64,000 nucleotides of DNA from assembly GCA_963836235.1 (NCBI GenBank), contig CAWIIP010000001.1:192001-256000 (forward strand). The letters are read 5' to 3'. A program made the translations under genes and the position numbers. Of this stretch, positions 21,461-32,920 are shown piece by piece; the stretch's first letter is position 1; the number at the start of each line of letters is the position of its first letter. The notes below the pieces were generated by a model that was not told where the DNA came from, did no database searches, and saw only the letters and a program-made list of their open reading frames with translations. Source of the stretch: an uncultured Pseudomonadota bacterium. Its GTDB lineage: Bacteria; Oederibacteriota; Muellerivitia; Muellerivitales; Muellerivitaceae.

Positions 21461-21727
21461 TTAAAACTCCAACTCCACCTTTTCGGCCGGCTTTTCACCG
21501 CCCCTTTGACTGGCTAACAGGCCCGGGGAGGGAAAGAGGGAATCGGTAGTCACCTTTCAGTCGGAAAATAGTCAGATTTGATGCTTTTTTCGCTTTGAAA
21601 ATCCGGGTCATTTTTTTTCCATTGTGGCCATTCCTTTTGTTTTATCGATCAAGTTATTTTTGGCATTTGATATGCTTTTCTATTAGACCTTATCTATTTG
21701 GCTGTTTTTTTATGGAGGGCTTCACTT

Positions 21728-23305
21728 ATGGGAAAAGAATTGAAGGTTTTTGGCATTTGGATCGCCGGGTTATCGGCTTGCTTGATGGTGATGGGCGGTT
21801 GTGAAAAGACTTTTAAAACACCGACGGCGCCGGACCTTCCGGGAAGCCCCGCCGATATCTGGACCACTTCCGCAACTCCCCAAACTCCCAGTACCACCCC
21901 TACGATTATCGCCAGCCCCATCGCGACCAGTTCTTCAACGGGTTCTCCCACGGCGGCTGTCGGGACGCCCACGGTCGGAGCCCCCAGCCCCTCACCTACC
22001 CCGACTGTGGCTATCGTTCCACCCTCGGATACGCCATCACCCACTTCGGTCTTCACGAATACCCTGACGCCCACCCCGACAGCCACTCTAGCCGTTCCTT
22101 CTAATACTCCTTCGCCCACGAACACCGTCACGACGATTTTAACTCCCACTAAAACGAATACGGAGCTGTCGCCTTCGGTCTCACCCTCACTGGTCATCAC
22201 CGCGACGGCTTCCTCCACGCCAAGTGGAACGGCCTCCTTCACCCCCAGTTTGACCGCGACTTCCTCACCCACGGCAACGCCCACGGCCACGGCGACCTCC
22301 ACTTTTACACTGGTGTCGTCGGCGACGCCCACGGCCACATTGGGAACCTCCTCCTGGGTAGAGGCCGTCGCCTCCGCGCCCATGACCGACCGAATGTTCG
22401 CCGGGAACGTGGTCTACAACAATAAAATGTGGATTATCGCGGGGGGGAGTACTTGCGCCAAGGCGGGTTTGTGGAAGTCGGACGTTTGGTCCTCGCCGAA
22501 TGGAACCACCTGGACCCGGGCCACCAATGCCGCCGCCTTCGGTATCCGTTACGCCATGGGCGCGGTTGTGTTCAACAACCAAATGTTCGTCATCGGGGGT
22601 TACAACACCTCCTTGGGCTTCGTCAGCGACGTCTGGACATCCACCAATGGCTCCACATGGACCGAGATCCTGGCCGCGGCGCCCTTTACCCCCCGGTTTT
22701 TATTCGGCTGTCTGGTCTATAACAACCGCATCTGGGTCATCGGCGGGGACAACAACGACGGGGTGAACCCCCTGGCGGATGTTTGGAGTTCCCCGGACGG
22801 CATCAACTGGACCCAGGCGGGGAACCTGCCCACACCCCGGTCGGGCGCTTCCTGCGTGGTCTTTAACGGGGCCATGATGGTCATCGGCGGGGGTAACGCT
22901 AGCGGAGCTTTTAACGATGTCCTGACTTCCACCGATGGGGCCACTTGGACCGAAGCCAATCCCAGCGCGGCTTTTCCGCCCCGCTCCTATGCCGCTGCCC
23001 AGGTGGTCAATGGAACGGTTTGGTTGATGGGCGGGGCGGTTTCCTCGAACTTCAACGCCATCACCTCGTGCCTGGACGACGCCTGGAGTTCCACCGACGG
23101 CGTGAATTGGACCGAAAGAAACGCCACTTTGCCCTTTTGGCCCCGCTTCTCTCAAGAAAGCTTTTCCTTCAACAACGAATTTTGGGTGGTGGAGGGAGCC
23201 TGGTTCGCCGTGGGTGACTCGCAGACATGGAACGGCTCGACGGGCGGGAGCATGACCACCACCAACGAGGCCTTTTATCCCGACGACATTTGGCATACTC
23301 CCTAA
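21728..23305 (+). CDS. Lipoprotein with Thr-rich stalk and Kelch-like beta-propeller
   Basis: GGAGG RBS; lipobox-like MVMGGC; ~160-aa T/P/S linker; repeats of (V/I)IGG...DVWSSxDGxxW. Confidence 0.75.
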   Translation: MGKELKVFGIWIAGLSACLMVMGGCEKTFKTPTAPDLPGSPADIWTTSATPQTPSTTPTIIASPIATSSSTGSPTAAVGTPTVGAPSPSPTPTVAIVPPSDTPSPTSVFTNTLTPTPTATLAVPSNTPSPTNTVTTILTPTKTNTELSPSVSPSLVITATASSTPSGTASFTPSLTATSSPTATPTATATSTFTLVSSATPTATLGTSSWVEAVASAPMTDRMFAGNVVYNNKMWIIAGGSTCAKAGLWKSDVWSSPNGTTWTRATNAAAFGIRYAMGAVVFNNQMFVIGGYNTSLGFVSDVWTSTNGSTWTEILAAAPFTPRFLFGCLVYNNRIWVIGGDNNDGVNPLADVWSSPDGINWTQAGNLPTPRSGASCVVFNGAMMVIGGGNASGAFNDVLTSTDGATWTEANPSAAFPPRSYAAAQVVNGTVWLMGGAVSSNFNAITSCLDDAWSSTDGVNWTERNATLPFWPRFSQESFSFNNEFWVVEGAWFAVGDSQTWNGSTGGSMTTTNEAFYPDDIWHTP

Positions 23306-23441
23306 TAAGGCCCCCGTTTTTAAATCTTTATTCCTTTAGCAAAACTCAACGGAGCCGTTAGGTTAATCCGAACCCCGGCATGGGTGGTTTTTGGCCTCGT
23401 TTGAATATCTTGACGGCATCTATTATGAAAGCAATCCTCCG

Positions 23442-26400
23442 ATGAAACACTTAAAACGATACTTGGTTTTTCTCCTCCTGGCGGCAACATCGGGCGGCTG
23501 GGGTTTGGCCCAGGCCGCTTCTTCGAAACCGAATATTTTTGATAACGCCGCCCGCCCGCCCGCATTCCCATCCGATCCGAGAGCCAAACGCGACCGCTTC
23601 GTCAGGATGCACACCGAAATGCTGGATGCCATCAAGCCCCGGGATTTCCGTCCCGGTTTCCGTCCCCAAATCCATCTCAACTTGTTCGATGACGCGGATT
23701 ACACCATGGTCATGGAGCGTCAGGAAAATCGTCCCAAGGGCCGGGCGGTTTTTTCAGGCCACCTCCAGGGTATTCCGGGGAGCATGGCGGTATTGACCCA
23801 CCAAAAAGGCCTGGTGACGGGGCTTGTCTTCGTTCCGGGGCAGGGAACGTTTAAAATCCTGCCGGCGCCCAACGGCACCCACCGGATCATCGAAGTGGAC
23901 ATGGACAAGGGCACCTGTGGGGACGATCCTTCCCATCCTGACTTAGCTGACCCCAAGGTGGCGGCCGACATTCCCCAGGAGGGGATGCCGAACCTGATTC
24001 CCCTCAATTATCCCGCCGGATGCACTTTCGCCCTGAACCCCACCGTGGTGAACCTGGCCGTGGTTTACACGCCAGCGGCCTTGAGTGTCATGGGAAGCAC
24101 CGAAGTCATTGAATCCCTGATCGACACGGTGGTCTTTTACAACAACATGATCTATTACAACAGCGGCATCAACGCCCAGATGCAGTTGGTTTACACCGGG
24201 GAAGTGAATTACACCGAAAGCGGAACCATGTATACCGACTTGCCCAACATGGCGAATGGGAGCATTCCCGCCATCCAAACGATCCAATCCACTTATGGGG
24301 CGGTCCTGGTCAACATGCTGGTGGCGGGGACGGACCCGATCATGGGCCTGGGGGATTTGCCGGGTAATTACGCCATGGAACATGTAAGTTTCGCCGAAGC
24401 CATGCCCCACGAAATGGGCCATAACATGGGCTGTGGCCACGACACGGCTAACGGCGGGCCGGGAGTCTATCCCTACGCCTCGGGCAACCGATTCAACTCC
24501 CTTGGGGTCCAATACCGCACCATCATGGCTTACGCGCCGGGAGTCTATACCCCCTATTTCTCCAGCCCTTCCGCGGACTACCTGGGGGTGGCCACCGGGG
24601 TGGCCAATTCTACAGACAACGTCCGCACCATTAATACGATGGCCCCCTATATGGTTACCACCGTGCCGGCGGGAAGTGGTTTGGTCAGCCCTGCCGTCAG
24701 CATGAGTAGTCCTTCCGCTGGTTCGGTTTTTACCGGGCCACTCACCCTGGCGCTGACCGCGTCCGCTTCCGATATCACCGGAATCGCCCAGGTCGATTTT
24801 TTCGTGGACAGTCAGTACCTGGGTACTTCCACTTCCGCCCCTTATACCCTCAACTGGCCGCTGCCCTCATCGGGCAGCCATTTCCTCACCGCCCACGCTT
24901 TCAACGACGAGGGGACAGCCACTTTTTCCTGTCCGGTCAGCATCTATATTAACAACACCCTGCCTTCCCCTTGGGACGGCCAGGATATCGGCTGGCTGAT
25001 GCAACAGACCATCAGCCCATTGGAATTAAAGTACATGGGCAATTTGGGAAGCGAGACCTATTCGGGTGGGGTCTATACGGTCAATGGCGCGGGTGACGGT
25101 TTTGGAGTGGATTTGACCGGCGTTGAGTTGGACTCCTTTCATTTCACCAGCCAGCCTTCCTGTGGTTACACCAGCTTGACGGCCCGGGCGACGGGACTGC
25201 AAAACGGGGCTTCTTATGCCGAGGCTGGGCTCATGTTACGGGACAACAACACCAACGATTCGCCCTATTTTTTTGTGGGTTGGCTGAACGACGGCATTCC
25301 TGCCATTGCCTACCGGACCACCCAGGGTGGATCCACCAGCGCGAAGGGGGGAACCAACCCCGGAATCCCTGTTTGGTTCCAGGTTCAGCGGTCGGGGAAT
25401 AGCTTCACGGGCCTGGAATCGACGAATGGCTCCAGTTGGACCACCATTGGCACCGCCACCATTAACATGTCGGCCAATGCCGGTATTGGCTTTGCGGTTT
25501 CCAGCGCCAACAACGCCGCCTTGGCATCAGCTACTTTCGACAACGTCTCCTTGACCATTTCCTGCGTGCCTCCCACGCCCACCTTCACCTTAACCCCCAC
25601 CATCACCCTCACGCCGACGGTGACGCCCACGGTCACCAATACTCCCACCATCACCCTCACTCCCACGGTTACTTTGAGCCCCACCTTTACCACTACTCCT
25701 CCCACCCCCACCGCCACTTGCCCGGCTGGTACGGGCCCCAATCTGAATTGGAGCACCATAGCCCCCATGCCGGGAGGCTTATCCTCCTTGGCTATCGGCG
25801 GTGTGAATGGAATCATGTACGCCGTGGGAGGCTTTAATAGCGTCTTTCCCGGGGATGATCATTCCAATCTTTTGTACGCTTATAACCCTTCGACGAATAC
25901 CTGGGCTACCTTGGCATCCATGCCTACGGAGCGGGCGGAATTGGGGGTGGGAGTAGTGAATGGGATTTTATACGCGGTGGGTGGATACAATGGCTACACC
26001 GCCTTGAGCACGGTGGAGGCTTATGATCCGTCTACCAATACCTGGTCCACCAAAGCGTCTATGCCCATCGCCCAAGCGCAATTCGCGGTGGGCGTCATTA
26101 ACGGCATTTTATACGCCGTGGGAGGACAGAATGGCAGTTTTGTGAATTCCGCGGCGGTGCAAGCCTACAATCCAACGACCAATACTTGGTCTTCCGAAGC
26201 CTCTCTTCCCACGGCAACTGCAGATTTAGCCGCAGGCGTCATCAACGGCATTTTATATGCCGGCGGTGGATATATCACCACCAGCTCAGGAACAGTGGTT
26301 ACGAACGCCTTTGAGGCTTACGACCCCTCGCTCAATACTTGGATCGCTAAGGCTCCTTTGCCGATGGACATTGCCGGCCATGGAATGGGGGCGATCAGCG

Positions 26401-27491
26401 GGATTCTATACGTGGTGGGTGGCGGTGGGGATGTCATCCCCTACTGGAATATGGTGGAGGCTTATGACCCATCCGCCAACAGTTGGAGCTATAAAAATTC
26501 CATGCCTACCATTCGATCAGCTTTAGCGGTAGGAGTTGTCAATGGAACGATCTATGCCGTCGGGGGTGAAAATACCACCTCAAACACCTTGACCACGAAT
26601 GAAGCGGCGACCATCGCCTGTACGGCCTTTACCCCGACCGGCACCCCGACAGCCACCAATACCAACACGCCTTTGGGTAACCCAACAGCGACACCGACCT
26701 CAACGCCAACCGTAACACCTACAGGCACTCCCACCGGAACCTCCACTATGACAGGGACATTCACACCCTCATGGACTCCCACACTTTCGCCTACCTTTAC
26801 CACCACCTCCACTTCGACCCAGCAGCTGGACGCCCCCTTGTCGACCGTCACGCCCCTGCCTACCAACACGCCTACTCTTACGGCCACTAATAGCCCGACC
26901 TCAACGGTGACTTCCACCTTCACCCTGACCGCCAGCGTTACATCCACTCCCAGCCCCACGCTCACCGGTACGCCGACCTCCACCGTAAGCATTACCCCCA
27001 CTTCCACCCAAACCGGAACCCCTACGCCCACCCTGACCGCGACTATCACGCTCACCGCCACCACCACGCCGACCTTTACCTCGTCCTTCACCCCAACCCT
27101 TTCGCCCACCGTAACTTCAACCGCGACGGCCACACCCACCGCCACTGCCACCTCCACCGCCAGCATCACTTCGACGCCCACGAATAGCGCGACTCCGGTT
27201 GAAACGGGTGTCGTCATCGGGCCACCCTATCCCAACCCGGTCATCGGCTCAGGCCCGGTGTCCATCCAGGTGCAAGCTCCCCCCGGCTCCGAGGTTGCTT
27301 GGAGCGTTTTCACGACGGCTTTCCGAAAAGTTTGGGATCCCGATCCCGTTCCTGGGAATAACCCGGTCCTGGTTTGGAACCTGAAGGACAATTGGCAAAA
27401 CCCCGTGGCCGACGGGCTGTACTATATCAAGGTCGAAATTACGGGTCCGGTCAAGGAAACCAAAGTTTTGAAAGTGCTCTTGATCCGCTGA
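23442..27491 (+). CDS. Secreted reprolysin-like (M12B-type) Zn metallopeptidase + Ig-like + lectin-like (DUF1349-type) + Kelch + Thr stalk + CTD
   Basis: [11 protein letters not shown] (HExxHxxGxxH) and Met-turn RTIMAY; Ig-like VDFFVD..APYTLNW; [15 protein letters not shown] domain; six YAVGG-type Kelch repeats; YPNP...ADGLYYI...KVLLIR. Confidence 0.82.
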   Translation: MKHLKRYLVFLLLAATSGGWGLAQAASSKPNIFDNAARPPAFPSDPRAKRDRFVRMHTEMLDAIKPRDFRPGFRPQIHLNLFDDADYTMVMERQENRPKGRAVFSGHLQGIPGSMAVLTHQKGLVTGLVFVPGQGTFKILPAPNGTHRIIEVDMDKGTCGDDPSHPDLADPKVAADIPQEGMPNLIPLNYPAGCTFALNPTVVNLAVVYTPAALSVMGSTEVIESLIDTVVFYNNMIYYNSGINAQMQLVYTGEVNYTESGTMYTDLPNMANGSIPAIQTIQSTYGAVLVNMLVAGTDPIMGLGDLPGNYAMEHVSFAEAMPHEMGHNMGCGHDTANGGPGVYPYASGNRFNSLGVQYRTIMAYAPGVYTPYFSSPSADYLGVATGVANSTDNVRTINTMAPYMVTTVPAGSGLVSPAVSMSSPSAGSVFTGPLTLALTASASDITGIAQVDFFVDSQYLGTSTSAPYTLNWPLPSSGSHFLTAHAFNDEGTATFSCPVSIYINNTLPSPWDGQDIGWLMQQTISPLELKYMGNLGSETYSGGVYTVNGAGDGFGVDLTGVELDSFHFTSQPSCGYTSLTARATGLQNGASYAEAGLMLRDNNTNDSPYFFVGWLNDGIPAIAYRTTQGGSTSAKGGTNPGIPVWFQVQRSGNSFTGLESTNGSSWTTIGTATINMSANAGIGFAVSSANNAALASATFDNVSLTISCVPPTPTFTLTPTITLTPTVTPTVTNTPTITLTPTVTLSPTFTTTPPTPTATCPAGTGPNLNWSTIAPMPGGLSSLAIGGVNGIMYAVGGFNSVFPGDDHSNLLYAYNPSTNTWATLASMPTERAELGVGVVNGILYAVGGYNGYTALSTVEAYDPSTNTWSTKASMPIAQAQFAVGVINGILYAVGGQNGSFVNSAAVQAYNPTTNTWSSEASLPTATADLAAGVINGILYAGGGYITTSSGTVVTNAFEAYDPSLNTWIAKAPLPMDIAGHGMGAISGILYVVGGGGDVIPYWNMVEAYDPSANSWSYKNSMPTIRSALAVGVVNGTIYAVGGENTTSNTLTTNEAATIACTAFTPTGTPTATNTNTPLGNPTATPTSTPTVTPTGTPTGTSTMTGTFTPSWTPTLSPTFTTTSTSTQQLDAPLSTVTPLPTNTPTLTATNSPTSTVTSTFTLTASVTSTPSPTLTGTPTSTVSITPTSTQTGTPTPTLTATITLTATTTPTFTSSFTPTLSPTVTSTATATPTATATSTASITSTPTNSATPVETGVVIGPPYPNPVIGSGPVSIQVQAPPGSEVAWSVFTTAFRKVWDPDPVPGNNPVLVWNLKDNWQNPVADGLYYIKVEITGPVKETKVLKVLLIR

Positions 27492-27610
27492 TGTAATTAC
27501 GGCATAGAGTGCTCAACCACGGATGGATGAGCGATCCTTTTTAAAAACCCGCTGTAGTGTTTAAAACACCTTTATTTTAAATGTCCCTTAAAAATTGTTC
27601 GCAAAAAAAC

Positions 27611-27645
27611 TTGAATTACATTACACCTTATGGTGTAATATATAC
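27611..27645 (+). promoter_or_regulatory. Sigma70-like promoter overlapped by a palindromic operator; probably leaderless
   Basis: TTGAAT-17nt-TGTAAT; inverted repeat ATTACACC-TTAT-GGTGTAAT (27620-27639); ATG 6 nt after the -10 box with no SD. Confidence 0.65.
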
Positions 27646-27978
27646 ATGGATCAACTGACGGATGTGCTGACGGCTCTTTCTCACCCTACCCGTCGGGCCA
27701 TCATTGGGCGGCTGGCGAAGGGGCCGGCCCGCTTTTTGGATGTGGCGAAGCCATTTGACACGGCGCTGAATTCGGTGACCAAACACTTGAAGCTGCTGGA
27801 AAGGGCAGGGCTGATCGAGCGCAAGAAACGGGGGAGGGAAGTCCTCATTTCTTTCCGGGGCGAACCCCTTCGGGAGGTGGCGATGTTGACGCATGAATAC
27901 GAGCGGTTCTGGAACAAAAAGCTCGACCAGTTCGAGCGGCATTTCAGGGACAAAAAGAAAAAGGAGAAGAAAAAATGA
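27646..27978 (+). CDS. ArsR/SmtB-family transcriptional repressor
   Basis: ALSHPTRRAII...KHLKLLERAGLIERKKRGRE...FWNKKLD. Confidence 0.9.
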   Translation: MDQLTDVLTALSHPTRRAIIGRLAKGPARFLDVAKPFDTALNSVTKHLKLLERAGLIERKKRGREVLISFRGEPLREVAMLTHEYERFWNKKLDQFERHFRDKKKKEKKK

Positions 27979-28430
27979 AGAAATCCAAGAAGACGATTGA
28001 GCTGAAATTTGAAAGAATGATTCCGGCCCCTCCGGGCGAAGTGTTCGATGGGTGGTTGGACCCCAAAACCCCGGGCACTCCCTGGCACGAGAACGACAAG
28101 CTGCTCTTAAATCCGAAAGTGGATGGGTTCTTTTATTGGCTCACCCAGGGTACCTCCCATTACGGCCGCTTCATTAAGGTCCAGCGGCCGGCCCAGGTCC
28201 AGCATACCTGGATGTCCTGGTACACCTCGGGGGCGGAATCCATGGTCACGGTGACCTTCAAGAAAAAAGGAAAAGACACCTTGATGAAGCTCGTGCATTC
28301 CGGCCTGCCCAATAATGAATTGTCCAAGGCCCATAAGGACGGCTGGAATTATTTCCTCGATAAATTGGTGCAAACTTTCGTGGGTGGGTCGCCGGAGAGT
28401 GTAAAAGAACCCAAGGGGTGGCGTAAGTAG
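27975..28430 (+). CDS. SRPBCC/AHA1-like domain protein
   Basis: ERMIPAPPGEVFDGWLDP...VTVTF...LVHSGL...HKDGW; ATGA overlap with the ArsR gene. Confidence 0.88.
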   Translation: MKKSKKTIELKFERMIPAPPGEVFDGWLDPKTPGTPWHENDKLLLNPKVDGFFYWLTQGTSHYGRFIKVQRPAQVQHTWMSWYTSGAESMVTVTFKKKGKDTLMKLVHSGLPNNELSKAHKDGWNYFLDKLVQTFVGGSPESVKEPKGWRK

Positions 28431-28487
28431 GCCCAGCCTCTTTGTTGTCAGTGTAACCTGATGAGAAAAACGTAAAAGGGGGACAAC

Positions 28488-29492
28488 ATGAGACAAGTTA
28501 GGCTGATTGCCCCTGGGGGCTTGGAAAATCTTAAATTGGTTGAAGAAGACCAGCCCAAACCAAAGCCGGGTGAAATCCTGGTCCGGATACGGGCAAGCTC
28601 CATAAATTTTCACGACGAAATGGTGGTGCGGGGAAAGATCCCTTGTGCCGACGGCCGGATCCCGATGACCGATGGCGCCGGGGAAGTGATCGCGATCGGG
28701 GACGATGTCGGGGAGTTCAAGATCGGAGATGCGGTCGTCAGCGTTTTTTTGCCCAATTGGCTGGGGGGTGAACTGTCGCCCGTTACCCGGCGGGACGTTC
28801 CGGGAGAGACAATTGACGGTTATGCCAGCGAATACGTATGCAAACCGGCGCAAGCCTTCACGAAAGCCCCCGCGGGTTACAAGCATTTGGAGTCCGCCAC
28901 GCTCCCCTGCGCGGCAGTCACCGCTTGGAGAGGTTTGGTGGTCAACGGCAAGGTGAAGCCCGGCGACACGGTGTTGATCCTGGGCACAGGCGGAGTATCG
29001 CTGTTTGCCCTGCAATTCGCGAAAGCCGCGGGCGCCAAGGTCATCGCGACGTCTTCCTCAGAGGAGAAACTGGAAAAGCTCAAGTTGCTTGGAGCCGATG
29101 CCGTCATTCATTACAAAGCCGTTCCGGAATGGGGTCAAAAGGCCAAGGACTTGACCGATGGACGGGGCGTCGACCATGTGATCGAGGTTGGCGGTCCCGG
29201 CACCTTGCCGCAATCGATCACGGCATGCAGGTTGGGTGGCCATATCGCCTTGATCGGCGTTTTAACCGGTTTTGTGGGGGAAGTGGCGATCCCGGCGCTT
29301 TTCGCGAACCAAATCCGTACCAGCGGGGTCTTTATTGGCAGCAGGGCAGACCAAGAGGACATGATCCGGGCGATAACGGCCAATCACATAAAACCCGTCA
29401 TCGACCGCAGTTTTCAGTTGCAGGAAATTGGCGCGGCTTTCAAGTATTACGAATCTCAAAAGCACTTTGGAAAGGTTTGTCTGGAAATTTAA
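28488..29492 (+). CDS. NAD(P)-dependent medium-chain dehydrogenase/reductase (Zn-independent, quinone-reductase-like)
   Basis: DGAGEV, LPCAAVTAW, GTGGVS, GVDHVIEVGG, PVID, HFGKV. Confidence 0.9.
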   Translation: MRQVRLIAPGGLENLKLVEEDQPKPKPGEILVRIRASSINFHDEMVVRGKIPCADGRIPMTDGAGEVIAIGDDVGEFKIGDAVVSVFLPNWLGGELSPVTRRDVPGETIDGYASEYVCKPAQAFTKAPAGYKHLESATLPCAAVTAWRGLVVNGKVKPGDTVLILGTGGVSLFALQFAKAAGAKVIATSSSEEKLEKLKLLGADAVIHYKAVPEWGQKAKDLTDGRGVDHVIEVGGPGTLPQSITACRLGGHIALIGVLTGFVGEVAIPALFANQIRTSGVFIGSRADQEDMIRAITANHIKPVIDRSFQLQEIGAAFKYYESQKHFGKVCLEI

Positions 29493-29565
29493 GATTTTTC
29501 CATTCATCGGATGGAAAGCGATTTGATCGGTTTTTAACGACATGAAAAGCAAAGGAGGAAAAGCG

Positions 29566-29997
29566 ATGACAGACCCGAAGAAGACCTTGGAATTCAAGTT
29601 TGAACGGACGATCCCCGCTCGTCCCGGGGAGGTGTTTGACGGGTGGCTGAATCCAAAGGTCCCCGGCAATCCTTGGAATATGGCTGAAAAGCTGCTCTTG
29701 AACCCTAAGGTGGACGGGTTCTTTTACTGGCTGTTCCGGGGGAATTCCCATTATGGGCGGTTCACCAAGGTTGAGCGGCCCGGCCGAATTGAACATACTT
29801 GGATGTCCCGGTCCACCTTGGGGGAAGAAACGACGGTGACCGTGACTTTTCAGAAAAAGGGGGAAGACACCCTGATGACCTTAGTGCATTCCGGCCTTCC
29901 CGATACGGATGGCGGAAGAGGGCATGAGAAAGGCTGGAATTACTTTTTGGATCTATTCCCTGGGCAATTTGGGGTTGCCCCGGCCAAGAAAGAATAA
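29566..29997 (+). CDS. SRPBCC/AHA1-like domain protein (paralog of 27975)
   Basis: Same motifs as 27975; AGGAGG RBS before ATG 29566. Confidence 0.88.
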   Translation: MTDPKKTLEFKFERTIPARPGEVFDGWLNPKVPGNPWNMAEKLLLNPKVDGFFYWLFRGNSHYGRFTKVERPGRIEHTWMSRSTLGEETTVTVTFQKKGEDTLMTLVHSGLPDTDGGRGHEKGWNYFLDLFPGQFGVAPAKKE

Positions 29998-30006
29998 GGA
30001 GGAGCC

Positions 30007-30831
30007 ATGAAAGAAGGCAAAGGCAAAAGGGGGGACACCCGCGGATACGCGCCCGTTAACGGCCTGGGGATGTATTACGAAATCGAGGGGACTGGCGACC
30101 CGCTGGTTTTTATTCCGCCCGCCTTCGGATTCGCCGGGCGGCAATCCTTTCCCGCGCTGGTTCAAAATCATTCGGTCCTAACGGTCGATCTCCAAGGAAA
30201 TGGCCGAACGGCGGACATCCCGGAACGCCCCATCTCCATTGAACAATACGCCAAGGATGTGGTTGCTTTGCTAGAATATCTTGGAATCCCCAAGGCCGAC
30301 TTCCTGGGGGAGAGCTATGGCGGCGATACGGCGGCCGTGATCGCCCTTCACTATCCGGAGCTTGTACGTCGTGTGGTTACCTATTCGGCAACTTTTGCCC
30401 CACCCCCGGACACCCTAAACCCCGGGACCACGCGATTTGACCATCCGCCCACCGCTGAGACCAGGGACATCCAATTCCAGAGGGAAAGTTACAAGAAAGT
30501 CGCGCCGGACCCGGATTACTGGCCCAAGATTTATGAAAAAGTCGTCGGCATCCAGTGGAAGGGCTTTTCGAAAGAAGAATTGGCTTCCATCCAAGCGCCG
30601 TTCCTGATCATCCAGGGAGACCAGGATTTTGTCCGCCTCGAGCATTCCGTCGATACCGCCAAGCTTATCCCGCAAGCGGAGCTCACGGTGATTCCGAGCG
30701 CCAGCCACTTCGCCTTATTCTCCGAACCAGAGAGGGTGGTCCCCATCATTAAACACTTCCTGGAAAAGCCCGTGAAGCAAATCCCCCTGGCAACCGCCAA
30801 CATTGGCTATCACCCCGGTGAAACCAGATAA
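30007..30831 (+). CDS. Alpha/beta hydrolase
   Basis: DLQGNGRT, nucleophile GESYGG, GDQD, SH. Confidence 0.88.
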   Translation: MKEGKGKRGDTRGYAPVNGLGMYYEIEGTGDPLVFIPPAFGFAGRQSFPALVQNHSVLTVDLQGNGRTADIPERPISIEQYAKDVVALLEYLGIPKADFLGESYGGDTAAVIALHYPELVRRVVTYSATFAPPPDTLNPGTTRFDHPPTAETRDIQFQRESYKKVAPDPDYWPKIYEKVVGIQWKGFSKEELASIQAPFLIIQGDQDFVRLEHSVDTAKLIPQAELTVIPSASHFALFSEPERVVPIIKHFLEKPVKQIPLATANIGYHPGETR

Positions 30832-30848
30832 ATTCGGGAGGAGCGTTC

Positions 30849-30947
30849 ATGGAAAAAGTCATTGTGGGAAACGCCACTGCGATCACGTTTCCACGCTCTG
30901 GGGTCAATCTGACAGGGCACTTTAACCTAGAATCTCCGCACTCGTAA
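30849..30947 (+). pseudogene. Short ORF, probably the truncated next gene of the ArsR operon
   Basis: Strong GGAGGAG RBS and MEKVIVG start (resembles dihydrofolate-reductase-like N-termini); stops after 32 codons. Confidence 0.35.
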
Positions 30948-31547
30948 TCCGTTAAAACAAGTTTCCGTTGAAAATTAGTGTAATTTTTCGGTTGTCTATT
31001 TTTTGAGAGCGTAAAATGAGTGGATTGTTTTGTCCACGACGGGGACCCAGCGCGCCAAGAAAGCTGTTGCTCATCCAGTCGGCTGAAATGTGCCGACCCA
31101 GACAAAATTTGGCAGTCTGGTAGCAGGGAGCCGAATCGGGCAGGGTAACCTGCCAGGTTCAAGCGGCTCGACAAAGGGCGGCAAAGCGCCCGATGCGAAA
31201 GGACGGGTCGTAACACGTGTGAACCTAGGTGTAACCTCGTAACGTCGAGATTGAGGAGGGTGACCCTTTTGGGTCTTGGGGAAACCAGTATTCCATGCGG
31301 GAGCCAGAAATACGCATGGGACTGCTTCGGGGTAACAGGGGCGACACGTCCAGACGGAGAACAACGGAACTTGGGAGACCCATAGGGAAGCACAAGGTAC
31401 CTGCCTATAAGTCTAAGCGGCGAAATGGCAGGGAGAGCCTATGGGAGTCAGACAAGCCTACAGTAGCTATGAGGGCTAGGACTAAACCTAGTCAGAGCAA
31501 AGGGGCTTGACCTGGGTAGAGCTTGGCCAGGAGAGAGGGACAAGGGA

Positions 31548-32858
31548 TTGGCGATGAGCCTAGTAACCCTACAAAAAGTTCAGGATCTTCAGCACAAGCT
31601 AGCTGGGAGGAGTAAGTCAAAGCCGAAAGAACGTTTCTACAGTCTCTACGACAAGGTGTGCCGGAAAGAGGTTCTGTGGGAAGCATGGCAGAAGGTGAAG
31701 GGCAATGGAGGTTCCGGAGGAGTGGACGGGGTAACGGTGGAAGGTATAAAGGCCACCGGAGAGAAGGAATACCTGCGGGCACTCTGGACGGAGCTGAAGG
31801 AAAAGGAATATAAGCCATTGCCGCTCAGGCGGGTTTGGATACTAAAGGCCAACGGGAAGAAAAGGCCCTTGGGGATACCGACGGTGAAAGACCGGATTGT
31901 ACAGCAAGCGGTACGATTCGTTATGGAGCCGATCTTCGAGGCGCACTTCTCGGAAGTGTCCTTTGGATTCAGGCCAGGCCGGGACTGCCATCAGGCCATC
32001 ACCAGAGTGGTGACATACCTAAATTGGGGTATGGTGAACGTGGTTGAGACGGACATTGTGGACTGCTTCGGAAGTATCCCACATGGAAGGCTGTTGAAAG
32101 CGGTGGCTCGCAGGATAGCCGACAAAGGTATCCTGAGGGTGATCCGGCAATGGCTGAAATGCGGGGTGATGGAAGAAGGGCAGTTCCAAGAAACGACCAC
32201 GGGAACGCCTCAAGGAGGGGTGATTTCGCCGCTTCTGGCGAATATTTACCTGGATGCGCTGGATCAACTTTGGAAGAAGCGGAAGATGGATTCCAAAAGC
32301 GGATACAACGCCCAAATGGTCAGATACGCCGATGACATGGTAATTCTCACGGATCGGAGCCCCCGGGAGGCGGAAAGGCTGCTGAGGGAAACCTTGGGCA
32401 GACTGGATTTGAAGCCTCACCCGGAAAAGACGCGGGTGGTGAACGCAAAGGCAGGGGATTTTAACTTTCTGGGGTTCAATTTCCGACAGCGGAAGAATCC
32501 CCGAACAGGGAGAAGCCAATGCCTGTTTCAACCCTCGCAGAAGGCCCAAAAGAATGTGCGGGAGAAAATCAGACTGGCTACAGCAAGCCCGGAGTTAAAT
32601 GAACTGGGTAAGGTGGTCAGAGAGAAAGTTAATCCCATTCTGAGAGGGTGGGTGAATTACTTTCGGATCGGAAACTCCAGCAAAACTTTTAATAATCTCC
32701 GGAACTTTGCAAAGAAGAGAGTCCTGCGATTTATTCGCAGGAGGAAGAAACAAAGCGGGCCAGGTTGGGACAGGATCAGCGAGGATTTCCTTTATGGGAA
32801 GCTGGGCCTGTTTAAGGAATACCGGGTGAAATGGTTTTCTCAACCCGCTGTGGCTTAG
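31548..32858 (+). CDS. ltrA: Group II intron reverse transcriptase/maturase (no HNH domain)
   Basis: GVDG, RPLGIPTVKDR, SFGFRPGR, GTPQGGVISPLLANIYL, RYADD, FLGF and domain X (LRGWVNYF). Confidence 0.95.
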   Translation: MAMSLVTLQKVQDLQHKLAGRSKSKPKERFYSLYDKVCRKEVLWEAWQKVKGNGGSGGVDGVTVEGIKATGEKEYLRALWTELKEKEYKPLPLRRVWILKANGKKRPLGIPTVKDRIVQQAVRFVMEPIFEAHFSEVSFGFRPGRDCHQAITRVVTYLNWGMVNVVETDIVDCFGSIPHGRLLKAVARRIADKGILRVIRQWLKCGVMEEGQFQETTTGTPQGGVISPLLANIYLDALDQLWKKRKMDSKSGYNAQMVRYADDMVILTDRSPREAERLLRETLGRLDLKPHPEKTRVVNAKAGDFNFLGFNFRQRKNPRTGRSQCLFQPSQKAQKNVREKIRLATASPELNELGKVVREKVNPILRGWVNYFRIGNSSKTFNNLRNFAKKRVLRFIRRRKKQSGPGWDRISEDFLYGKLGLFKEYRVKWFSQPAVA

Positions 32859-32886
32859 ACGAAGGGCCTCCGGTGAATACCCTTGG

Positions 32887-32920
32887 AAAGCCGTATGCGG
32901 GAAAACCGCACGTACGGTTT
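32887..32920 (+). ncRNA. Group II intron catalytic domain V
   Basis: AAAGCCGTATGCGGGAAAACCGCACGTACGGTTT with the AGC triad and AC bulge. Confidence 0.9.

Noticed and set aside
27515-27540. AACCACGGATGGATG, resembling half of a 61151-type element
   Set aside because: No complementary arm; too short to support.
31548-32858. RT as a DGR, retron or defence RT acting on the duplicated tails
   Set aside because: It has domain X and sits within a full group II intron RNA; the duplicated tails show no adenine-specific variation.
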